A stretch of 64,000 nucleotides of DNA from Alphaproteobacteria bacterium (lineage in GTDB: Bacteria; Pseudomonadota; Alphaproteobacteria; GCA-2731375), in assembly GCA_965226475.1 (NCBI GenBank), contig CBDDDJ010000003.1, positions 139,964 through 203,963 on the forward strand, written 5' to 3'. Under the pieces are notes generated by a model that searched no databases, was not told where the DNA came from, and saw nothing but the letters and a program-made list of their open reading frames with translations. The position numbers and the translations under genes are program-made. Position 1 is the first letter of the stretch. Each line of letters begins with the position of its first letter. Below are positions 28,494 to 36,488 of the stretch, piece by piece.

Positions 28494-28694
28494 TTAGGCC
28501 GCCGCCGCTTCGCCCGTGGCGCGTGGGCGGCCAGACAGCCATTGCTCAATTTCGGATGCCGGCCAGCGCACGGCGCGTGGGCCGACCTTGATGGGCTCGG
28601 GGAATTCGCCGCAGCGCATCAATCGATAGATGGTGGAGCGAGCGATTCCGCAGCGGGCCTCGACTTCCTCGCGGCGCATCAGCCGGTCGATCAT
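28494..28694 (-). CDS. alpA: AlpA-family phage/ICE transcriptional regulator (excisionase-like HTH)
   Basis: 66 aa (RREEVEARCGIARSTIYRLMRCGEFPEPIKVGPRAVRWPASEIEQW). Confidence 0.8.
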   Translation of the reverse strand: MIDRLMRREEVEARCGIARSTIYRLMRCGEFPEPIKVGPRAVRWPASEIEQWLSGRPRATGEAAAA

Positions 28695-28788
28695 GGCATC
28701 CTCCCGTTGATCTGCCCAGAGGATGCCGCAAACGCCCGGAAGCGCTAAGCAGAATACCGGGCAAAAACGCGCCCCGGTTTTTCCCGTG

Positions 28789-29253
28789 TCAGTCTATGCC
28801 GGCAGTGCGCAGGACGCCGCGCAACGTGTCCTTGTCGATGTCGGCCGCTTGGGCGAGTAACCCAACTGCTTCATGGCGCTGGTAGCCCTGCCGCTTCAGG
28901 CTTCCGAACATGTCGACGATCGCTTTGTCCCGCCATGCCGTGCTCGGGCGGCCGGTCGCCTTGGGCGGGGCCCCAGCGGCCAGTGCTTCCTCCGCGGCGG
29001 TCCGCAACGCCTCCCGCGCGGCCGGCTTTAGCGTCTCCCGCTCAGCGGCGAGGCGGATCAGCTGGTGATATGCAGCCTCCCGGCCTCGGGTGGGCCAGCG
29101 GGACTCGTGCACGATCCCGGAGAGCCACCGGATCATCCACGCTTGTTGATCGGGATCATCGGGCCAAAAGAACGAATCACCAGGGCGCTCGTATGATCGA
29201 CGGGCGATGTCTAGTCCCTCGCGGAGCCGCTCGGCCATGTTGCGATCACGCAT
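28789..29253 (-). CDS. Hypothetical protein (154 aa), overlaps the integrase 3' end by 8 bp
   Basis: ORF co-directional with int and alpA, with no recognisable domain. Confidence 0.45.
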   Translation of the reverse strand: MRDRNMAERLREGLDIARRSYERPGDSFFWPDDPDQQAWMIRWLSGIVHESRWPTRGREAAYHQLIRLAAERETLKPAAREALRTAAEEALAAGAPPKATGRPSTAWRDKAIVDMFGSLKRQGYQRHEAVGLLAQAADIDKDTLRGVLRTAGID

Positions 29254-30427
29254 GAAGCTTCACCACCTCGGCGCCGGCGGTCCCGGTCACGAACCGCGCC
29301 CATTCCTCCATCAGCGCGCGACGGCGCTCGAACAGGTCGGACCGCGCATAGGCCTGCTCGACGGCGCTGCCGACCGCATGGGCAAGGGCCAGCTCCATGA
29401 CGGAATGTGGTGCGGCGGTGGTTTCCGCCGCCCAATCCCGGAATGCGCTTCGGAATCCGTGGGCCGTCGCCCGGTCGGCGAGCCCACAATCGCGCAGGAT
29501 CTTAGTCAAAGCCATGTCGCTCAATGGACGGCCGTGCTTGCGAGGCGACGGGAAGATCAGGTCATCATCGCCCCGTAGTGGCGCGGCTTCATGCAGCGCG
29601 GCCACGGCCGCATCGCTCAAAGGGACGCGGTGCTCGACGCCGCCTTTTATGCGCTCCGCCGGGATGCGCCACTCGCGCGCCTCAAGGTCGATTTCCGCCC
29701 ATGTCGCGCCGCGCGCCTCGCCCGACCGGGCGGCGGTCAGAACGAGGAAGCGCAGGCACGCCTTCGCGGCCATGCTTGCCGGCGATGCTTCGACCGTTTC
29801 GAGCGCGGCCGGAACCTCAGCATAGGGCAGGGCGCGGAAATGTGCCTTGACGCGCGGCATGGGCGGAAGCGCGCCGTCGATCGCTTCGCCCGCGACGTTG
29901 CCCCCGACATAGCCATGAGCCTGCCCCCATTTCAGGACGGTGCGGATACGCTGGCGAACGCGCCGGGCGGTTTCCGGTTTCGCGGCCCAGATCGGCGTCA
30001 GAATCCCCAGCACGTCCCGCCGCTCGATACGGTCGAGGGGCATCTTGCCGATGGTCGGGAAGGCATAGGTGCGCAGGGTGTTGATCCATTGCGCTGTATG
30101 CTTGCCGTTCCGCCAGCGGCCGAGATTTAGGGCATGCACCCTTTCCGCCGCCTCGGCGAAGGTCGGCATCTTCGCCCGGCGCTTTTCGGCCAGGGGGTCG
30201 CGCCCTTCCGCCACCGCCAGCCGGTGCGCGTCCGCAAGCTGGCGAGCCTTGGCGAGCGTCACGGCCGGATAGCCGCCGAGGCCGATATCGCGGCGGCGGC
30301 CGTCGATCACGATCCGCAAGATCCAGCCTTTCGAGCCGCCCTTCGCGATGCGCAGATACAGGCCGCGCCCGTCGTTGTGCATGCCCGATTCGGAGAGTGC
30401 TTTCGCCTTCGCTGCCGTGAGCGCCAT
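29246..30427 (-). CDS. int: Tyrosine site-specific integrase, P4-type (N-terminal DUF4102-like arm-binding + phage_integrase catalytic domain)
   Basis: 393 aa with the catalytic region (HGFRSAFRDWAAE ... LAHAVGSAVEQAYARSD). The gene start faces the 3' end of tRNA-Ser. Confidence 0.85.
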   Translation of the reverse strand: MALTAAKAKALSESGMHNDGRGLYLRIAKGGSKGWILRIVIDGRRRDIGLGGYPAVTLAKARQLADAHRLAVAEGRDPLAEKRRAKMPTFAEAAERVHALNLGRWRNGKHTAQWINTLRTYAFPTIGKMPLDRIERRDVLGILTPIWAAKPETARRVRQRIRTVLKWGQAHGYVGGNVAGEAIDGALPPMPRVKAHFRALPYAEVPAALETVEASPASMAAKACLRFLVLTAARSGEARGATWAEIDLEAREWRIPAERIKGGVEHRVPLSDAAVAALHEAAPLRGDDDLIFPSPRKHGRPLSDMALTKILRDCGLADRATAHGFRSAFRDWAAETTAAPHSVMELALAHAVGSAVEQAYARSDLFERRRALMEEWARFVTGTAGAEVVKLHA

Positions 30428-30569
30428 ATCCCTTGCCCATCATTTTGCCCATCACGATAGGCGGGAATATACGGCATTCTGCGGGCACAAGCAACACAAC
30501 GTGAAAACATAAAAGCCTTAGTTGCCAGTGGTTTAGTAGGTATGTTCGGGAACATCAGGGAAGGGGTGG

Positions 30570-30659
30570 TGGCGGAGGGGGTGGGATTCGAACCCACGGT
30601 ACACTCACGTGTACAACGGTTTTCGAGACCGCCCCGTTCGACCACTCCGGCACCCCTCC
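30570..30659 (-). tRNA. tRNA-Ser (anticodon CGA)
   Basis: 90-nt cloverleaf folded by eye: acceptor GGAGGGG/CCCCTCC, anticodon loop CUCGAAA, long variable arm, T-loop GGTTCGAATCC, encoded CCA. Confidence 0.85.
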
Positions 30660-30757
30660 GCGAGGCGCCGCGACGGCGGGACGGCCCGCCCTCGCGACCG
30701 CGTCCTTATAAAGAGGCGACGGGCGGTTTCGCAACCCTAGTCCGCTGGAGCGGTGTT

Positions 30758-31570
30758 TCAGGCGGCGCGTCCGTCGCCCATCAGCAGGGCGCTATCTTCG
30801 ATGGTCTCGAGCAGGGTGAAATCGGTGCCACGAACCCATTCCGGCCGGGGCTCGTCCACCCGGCGGGCCCGGTTGGCGCAGGTGTTGTAGCAGAGGTAGG
30901 CCTGCCAGCGGTTCTCGGCCGAGAGGTTGTGGGCGGAGGCGTGCATCAGGTTGCAGTCGAAAACGACGGCGTCGCCCGGCTGGCCGGTGATCGCCACGGG
31001 GGGCCCCAGGCGGCGGATACGCTCCCGCATTTCCTCCCTCGGCACCGCCCAGAGGCCATAGGAGGTCGAGGCATCGAAGAACGGCTCGCGCCGGCCGTCG
31101 ACGTGGGAGCCCGGCAGCAGGTAGAGGCAGCCGTTTAGCTCCGTCGAGGGGTCCAGCATCACCATGACGGTGGTCATGTCCGGCGCATCGATACCGTCCA
31201 GGCGCCAATAGCCATAGTCCTGGTGCCAGGGCCAGACCGAACCGTCGATCGCCGCCTTCAGGTTCATCTTGGTGTGATGGACGTAGAGCGCCTCGTCCGC
31301 CAGCACCTGCTTGGCGACGTCGAGGGTGCGGGGCAGGCGTACCATTGAGTGGAGCGCCGGCGAGGCCGTGGCGCCGTCCGCGCCATGCATGTGCATGATC
31401 GCCTTGGGCGGGCCATCGTCGGCCTCGCGTTTAATCGCGTCGCAGCGGATGTCGGCCACCCGTTCGATCTCCGATCTCACCACCGCCACCTCGGCGGGCG
31501 AGAACAGGCCGGGGAGCTCGAGGAAGCCGTCCCGCCGGTAGGCGTCGCGCCGTGTCTGGTCGAGCCGCAT
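30758..31570 (-). CDS. Phytanoyl-CoA dioxygenase (PhyH) family Fe(II)/2-oxoglutarate oxygenase
   Basis: Start taken at MRLDQTRRDAYRRDGFLELPGLF. The ORF-track N-terminal extension is judged spurious. HxD ... H facial triad context (WHQDYGYW ... LLPGSHV). Confidence 0.7.
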   Translation of the reverse strand: MRLDQTRRDAYRRDGFLELPGLFSPAEVAVVRSEIERVADIRCDAIKREADDGPPKAIMHMHGADGATASPALHSMVRLPRTLDVAKQVLADEALYVHHTKMNLKAAIDGSVWPWHQDYGYWRLDGIDAPDMTTVMVMLDPSTELNGCLYLLPGSHVDGRREPFFDASTSYGLWAVPREEMRERIRRLGPPVAITGQPGDAVVFDCNLMHASAHNLSAENRWQAYLCYNTCANRARRVDEPRPEWVRGTDFTLLETIEDSALLMGDGRAA

Positions 31571-31667
31571 CTTTCCACGCTCCTCGTCTCTATCGGGTCT
31601 TTCGTCAGGTCGCCCGTCGCCTATTATACAGCCTCCATCGTCGCCGGGAATCCTTGGGAGAGAGCGT

Positions 31668-34001
31668 ATGCGGGCCGGAATTGGAGAGAGCCGACCGAGG
31701 AAGGAGGACGCGCGCCATCTGGCCGGGCGCGGCCGCTTCGTCGGCGACGTCAAGATGGCGGGCCTGCGCGAGGTCGCCTTCGTCCGCAGCCCGCTGGCGC
31801 ACGCCCGCATTCGCGGCGTGAGCGCGCCCGAGGGCCGCGAGGACGAGGTCTTCACGAGCGCCGACATGACCGATGCCCAGCCGATGCGGGCGGAATCCTG
31901 GATCCCCGGCTTCAATGCGGCCGACTATCACGCGCTGGCCAGCGGCAAGGTCCGTTTCGTCGGCCAGATCGTGGCCATGTGCCTCGGCGACACCCGGGCC
32001 GAGGCGGAGGACCTGGCGCAGGAGGTCTTCCTCGACCTGGAGGAGCTGCCGGCGGTGCCGGACATGGACACGGCCCTGGCCGAGGGGGCGCCGCTGGTGC
32101 ACGACGAATGGGGCCACAACGTCATGATCGCCACGGCCATCGAGGGCGACATGAACGCCGTCGCCGCCGAGGCGGCGCACGTGATCGAGCGGCGCATCCG
32201 CCTGAACCGCCAGTGCATGGCGCCGATGGAAGGCAAGGGGGCGCTGGCCTATTTCGATACCGTGCGCGACCAGCTGATCGTCCAGACCTCGACCCAGACG
32301 CCGCACGTGGTGCGCAAGGGCCTGGCGCTCTGCCTCGGCTGGTCGGAGGCGCGGGTCCGTGTCATCGCCCCCGACGTCGGCGGCGGCTTCGGCTTCAAGG
32401 CGGCGATGCAGCCGGAGGAGCTGGCGATCGCCTGGCTGGCCACCAGGCTGGACCATCCCGTGCGCTGGACCGAGGACCGGCGCGAACACCTGACGGCGGC
32501 CGCCAACTGCCGCGAACATGCCTATGACGTGAAGCTCTACGCGGCCGGGGACGGGCGGCTTCTGGGCCTGGACGTCGCCATCGACGTCGATGCCGGCGCC
32601 TATTCGATCTGGCCCTTCCACGGCGGCTTCGAGGCGGCGCAGGCTGGCGCCAGCTTTCCCGGACCCTACGCGATGGCGGCCTACAACTGTCGGACCCGGA
32701 CGGTCGCCACCAATAAGCCGCCCCTTCAGCCCTACCGGGGCGTCTCGCGCACCGGCATCTGCTTCGCGCTGGAGCTCACCATCGACGCGCTGGCCCGCGA
32801 ACTCGGGCGCGAGCCACACAAATTGCGCCAGGCGAGCCTGCCGCCGGCCGATGCGATGCCCTACACCAACATCATGGGCAAGCTGTTCGATTCGGGCGAC
32901 TATCCCGAAAGCCTGCGCCGTGCCGTCGCGGCGATAGACCTCGACGGCGTGCGCCGCCGCCAGGCGGCGGGCGAGGGCGACGGGCGGCTGATCGGCCTCG
33001 GCCTCGCCACCTATGTCGAGCAGACGGCGCACGGCACCAAGGTCTTCGCTGGCGCCGGCATCGAGGTGTTGCCCGGTTACGAGCAGGCCCGCGCCCGGTT
33101 GGCCCCCGACGGATCACTCGAACTGGAGATCGGCGTGCAGAGCCACGGCCAGGGCATGGAAACCACGATGGCCCAGGTCGCCAGCGAGGTGCTCGGTATC
33201 GACACCGAGCTGGTGCGCGTGCGCCACGGAGATACCGGCGAGACGCCGTTCTCCACCGGCACCTACGCCTCGCGCTCCATGGTGATGGCCGGCGGCGCCG
33301 TCGGCCGGGCCTGCGAGATGCTGGCGGAACGCATCGCCGAGGTGGCCGCGCACCTTATGCAGTGTTCGCCCGACGAGGTGACGGTCGCCGACGGCGTCGC
33401 GCGTGGGCCAGGCGCCGAGACCCGCTTCGCCGAGGCGGCCAACGCCGTCTACGCCCGGCCCGACCAGATCCCGGAGGCGGTGGTGGCCAAGGGACTGGAA
33501 GCGCTCGGTACCTACAAGACGACCTACGACCACGGTGCCTTCAGCTATGCGACGCACGCGGTGGTGGTCTCGGTCGATCCCGAGATCGGCGACGTCAAAA
33601 TCCTCGACTACGCCATCGCCGAGGATTGCGGCACTCGGGTCAACCCCATGATCGTCGAGGGCCAGACCATCGGTGGCGCCGCGCAAGGCATCGGCACCGC
33701 GCTCCTGGAGGAAGTGCCGTTCGACGCGCAAGGCCAGCCGCTGGCCTCGACGCTCGCCGACTACCTGATGCCGGGCGCCACCGAGGTGCCTGCCTTCCGT
33801 ATCGAGCACATGGAAAGCCCCTCGCCCTTCACCGCCTTCGGCATCAAGGGGGTCGGCGAAGGGGGCGCCATCGCCCCGCCGGCCGCGATCGCCAACGCCA
33901 TCAACGATGCGCTCCGCGACACCGGCGCCGAAGTGCTGGAGACACCGATGACGCCGCGCCGGGTTTGGCAGGCGATCAAACGCGCGGGAGAGAGATCATG
34001 A
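31668..34001 (+). CDS. Xanthine dehydrogenase/CoxL-family molybdopterin-binding large subunit (non-CODH type)
   Basis: 777 aa. The active-site loop reads PYRGVSRTG (an AYRGAGR-type loop), not the VAYRCSFR loop of form-I CO dehydrogenase. Confidence 0.85.
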   Translation: MRAGIGESRPRKEDARHLAGRGRFVGDVKMAGLREVAFVRSPLAHARIRGVSAPEGREDEVFTSADMTDAQPMRAESWIPGFNAADYHALASGKVRFVGQIVAMCLGDTRAEAEDLAQEVFLDLEELPAVPDMDTALAEGAPLVHDEWGHNVMIATAIEGDMNAVAAEAAHVIERRIRLNRQCMAPMEGKGALAYFDTVRDQLIVQTSTQTPHVVRKGLALCLGWSEARVRVIAPDVGGGFGFKAAMQPEELAIAWLATRLDHPVRWTEDRREHLTAAANCREHAYDVKLYAAGDGRLLGLDVAIDVDAGAYSIWPFHGGFEAAQAGASFPGPYAMAAYNCRTRTVATNKPPLQPYRGVSRTGICFALELTIDALARELGREPHKLRQASLPPADAMPYTNIMGKLFDSGDYPESLRRAVAAIDLDGVRRRQAAGEGDGRLIGLGLATYVEQTAHGTKVFAGAGIEVLPGYEQARARLAPDGSLELEIGVQSHGQGMETTMAQVASEVLGIDTELVRVRHGDTGETPFSTGTYASRSMVMAGGAVGRACEMLAERIAEVAAHLMQCSPDEVTVADGVARGPGAETRFAEAANAVYARPDQIPEAVVAKGLEALGTYKTTYDHGAFSYATHAVVVSVDPEIGDVKILDYAIAEDCGTRVNPMIVEGQTIGGAAQGIGTALLEEVPFDAQGQPLASTLADYLMPGATEVPAFRIEHMESPSPFTAFGIKGVGEGGAIAPPAAIANAINDALRDTGAEVLETPMTPRRVWQAIKRAGERS

Positions 34002-34804
34002 AGGCGGGCGATTTCGAGTACCGCCGCGCGGGCCAGGTGGCCGAGGCGACGGCATCGCTCGCCGAGGCCGGCTTCGACGGCAAGGCGATCGGCGGCGGCC
34101 AGTCGCTCATGCCGATGATGAACCTGCGCCTGGCCCAGCCGACGGTGCTGGTCGATGTCTCGGGCATCGATGCGCTGCGGCATGTGACGGCGGTCGATGG
34201 CGGCGTCAGGATCGGCGCCGGGATCACCCACGCGGGAATCGAGGATGGCGCGGTGCCGGGCCGCTTGGGCCAAATCATGGCCGCCGTCGCCGCCGACATC
34301 GCCTACCGCGCGGTTCGCAACCGGGGCACCGTCGGCGGCAGCCTGGTGCATGCCGACCCCGCCGCCGACTGGCCCTCCGCCCTGCTGGCGCTCGGCGCCG
34401 AGGTCGCCATCGCCGGGCCGGGCGGCGGCCGGACGCTCTCCTTGGAAGAGTTCCAGCAGGGCGCCTTCTGGGTGGCGTTGGAGCCGGAGGAAATCGTCGA
34501 GGCGGTAACGCTGCCCGAACCCGGCCCGGCCGCCCGCTGGGCTTACAAGAAATACTGTCGCAAGCCGGGTGAGTTCGCCGAGGCAATCGCCGCCGTGCTG
34601 CACGATCCGGGCGGAGGGACGCGGGTCGTCGTCGGCGCCACCTCTTCGGCGCCCAGGTTGTTGGCGGACGGCGCCGGGCTGATCGGCGCCGACCTCGCCC
34701 GCTGCCGCCAGGTGGTGGCCGAAGCCGAGCCCGGGCTCGACGATTACGAGTTGCAACTGCATAGCGTGATGCTGTACCGCGCGTGCAAGGAGGTGGGCGC
34801 ATGA
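33998..34804 (+). CDS. Molybdenum hydroxylase FAD-binding (medium) subunit, CoxM-like
   Basis: ATGA overlap with the large subunit. MKAGDFEYRRAGQVAEA ... GGGQSLMPMMNLRLAQP. Confidence 0.8.
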   Translation: MKAGDFEYRRAGQVAEATASLAEAGFDGKAIGGGQSLMPMMNLRLAQPTVLVDVSGIDALRHVTAVDGGVRIGAGITHAGIEDGAVPGRLGQIMAAVAADIAYRAVRNRGTVGGSLVHADPAADWPSALLALGAEVAIAGPGGGRTLSLEEFQQGAFWVALEPEEIVEAVTLPEPGPAARWAYKKYCRKPGEFAEAIAAVLHDPGGGTRVVVGATSSAPRLLADGAGLIGADLARCRQVVAEAEPGLDDYELQLHSVMLYRACKEVGA

Positions 34805-35265
34805 GCCGGGTCACGCTGACGGTCAACGGCCGCGAGATCATCAAGGAGGTCGCCGACCGTACCCACTTGGGCGATTTTCTGCGCGAGGAACTGGGCCTCA
34901 CCGGCACGCATCTGGCCTGCGAGCACGGCGTCTGCGGTGCCTGCAACGTGCTGCTGGACGGCGAACCCATGCGCGCCTGCCTGCAACTGACGGCGGCCTG
35001 CGCCGGCGCGGCGATCACCACCATTGAAGGCCACGGCGAGGATGCCCTGATGGCCGAGCTCCGCGCCGCCTTCACGAAGCACCACGGCCTCCAGTGCGGC
35101 TACTGCACGCCCGGCATGCTGGCGACGGCCCGCGACATCGTCCTCCGCCTCCCCGACGCGGACGAAGCCCGCATTCGCCTCGAACTCGCCGGCAACCTCT
35201 GCCGCTGCACGGGTTACGCGGGGATCGTCAAGGCGATCGGGCAGGTGCTCGCGGATCGGCGCTGA
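34801..35265 (+). CDS. Molybdenum hydroxylase [2Fe-2S] small subunit, CoxS-like
   Basis: Cys motifs (CEHGVCGACNV ... CGYCTPGM ... CRCTGY). Overlaps both neighbouring genes. Confidence 0.85.
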   Translation: MSRVTLTVNGREIIKEVADRTHLGDFLREELGLTGTHLACEHGVCGACNVLLDGEPMRACLQLTAACAGAAITTIEGHGEDALMAELRAAFTKHHGLQCGYCTPGMLATARDIVLRLPDADEARIRLELAGNLCRCTGYAGIVKAIGQVLADRR

Positions 35266-35831
35266 TGGAGATCGCGCAGAGCTTCACGGTCGCCCATGCT
35301 CCGGCGCGGGTCTGGGCCTTCCTCGGCGATCCGCATGCCGTCGCCGCTTGCCTCGCCGGCGCCCAGGTAACGCGGGTCGACGAGGACGGCGCACTCGCGG
35401 GCAGCATGACCGTGCGCTTCGGCCCGATCCAGGCGAGCTTCGCCGGCAAGGGGAAACTGGAACGCGACGATTCGGCCATGACCGGACGTATCGAAGGGCA
35501 GGGCCTGGACCAGCGCAGCCGCTCCCAGTGTAAGGGTAGAATCGACTATGCCGTCACCACGGCAGACGGCGGCGCGACGGTACACCTGAAGGTCGACTAC
35601 ACGCTCGCCGGTTCGCTGGCGCAGTTCGGCCGGGGCGGACTGGTGAACGACCTGGCCCAGCGACTGACCCAGGACTTCGCCACGGCCCTAGAAGCCGCCC
35701 TCGACACCGAGGCACCGCCGGCCGATGAAGCATCGCCGCCGCGCGAGGCGCTGGATGCCGGCGGTCTCGTCGGCGGCATCCTCTGGCAACGGATCAAGGA
35801 CTTCTTCGCTCGCCTGTTTGGCCGCGGTTGA
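35265..35831 (+). CDS. CoxG-like SRPBCC protein
   Basis: MEIAQSFTVAHAPARVWAFLGDP. Start overlaps the small-subunit stop. Confidence 0.7.
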   Translation: MEIAQSFTVAHAPARVWAFLGDPHAVAACLAGAQVTRVDEDGALAGSMTVRFGPIQASFAGKGKLERDDSAMTGRIEGQGLDQRSRSQCKGRIDYAVTTADGGATVHLKVDYTLAGSLAQFGRGGLVNDLAQRLTQDFATALEAALDTEAPPADEASPPREALDAGGLVGGILWQRIKDFFARLFGRG

Positions 35832-35835
35832 CGCG

Positions 35836-36480
35836 TTACGTACGTCCCCAATCTGTCGATAGCCGATGGTCGAAATTGCGTTGCCAGATCGGCGCGACGG
35901 TCGGGTGGGCCGCGACACGGTGAGTCAATGATTCGCAGAGGGGCAGGCCGTGGCCGGCGCCGTGCCAGGCGAGCAGCATGGCGAGGTAGACATCGACCAG
36001 GGTCATCGCTTCGCCGAGCAGGAAGGCGCCGGGTTCGAGGTTGTCTTCGATCAAACGGAGGCCGGCGGTCATGCGCGCCGTGGCGGCCTCGGAGATGGCC
36101 GGGGCGCTGGCGGGATCGGTGGTGAAGCGTTCGGGGTAGCCGACGCGGATCTCGGCCTCGTAGATGTTGGTGGCGAGGAAGACCATCCAGCGCATGAAGA
36201 CGCCATGCGCCGAGGTTCCAGGCGGAGGCGCCAGCTTCTTCTCGGGGTGACAGGCGGCGAGATGGATCAAGATCGCCGCCGTCTCGGTCATGAAAGTGCC
36301 GTCGGGCAGGATCAAGACCGGCACCTGTCCCCAGGGATTGATCTCGCGGAACGACTCGGGCAGCGGATTGCCGGGGCGCGAGTCCAGCCGGACCAGTTCG
36401 AACGGCGCCTCGACCAGCGTCAACGCCGCCTCGACGACGAAGCCGCCGGAGCCGTCGCGGTTGTAGAGCTTGTAGGTCAT
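35836..36480 (-). CDS. Glutathione S-transferase
   Basis: 214 aa with a GST N-terminal thioredoxin-like fold and a C-terminal helical domain. Confidence 0.75.
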   Translation of the reverse strand: MTYKLYNRDGSGGFVVEAALTLVEAPFELVRLDSRPGNPLPESFREINPWGQVPVLILPDGTFMTETAAILIHLAACHPEKKLAPPPGTSAHGVFMRWMVFLATNIYEAEIRVGYPERFTTDPASAPAISEAATARMTAGLRLIEDNLEPGAFLLGEAMTLVDVYLAMLLAWHGAGHGLPLCESLTHRVAAHPTVAPIWQRNFDHRLSTDWGRT

Positions 36481-36488
36481 TCCGAGCG

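Noticed and set aside
28440-28500. GC hairpin GGGCGGCTCTATCGGGGCCGCCC downstream of alpA, considered as a terminator
   Set aside because: There is no U-tract on the alpA (minus) strand side. The only T-rich tail is on the plus strand, where no gene ends, so it is not convincingly functional.
30758-31915. Long N-terminal extension (385 aa) of the PhyH-family ORF
   Set aside because: Homology starts at MRLDQTRRDAY. The upstream 116 codons are Ser/Arg/Pro-rich, and the extension would also overlap the ORF-track extension (31349-31667) of the divergent Mo-hydroxylase ORF, whose accepted start is 31668.
33362-34804. 480-aa ORF extending the FAD-subunit gene upstream
   Set aside because: The true start is the ATG at 33998, which overlaps the large-subunit stop. 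The upstream part is an alternative frame of the large-subunit gene.
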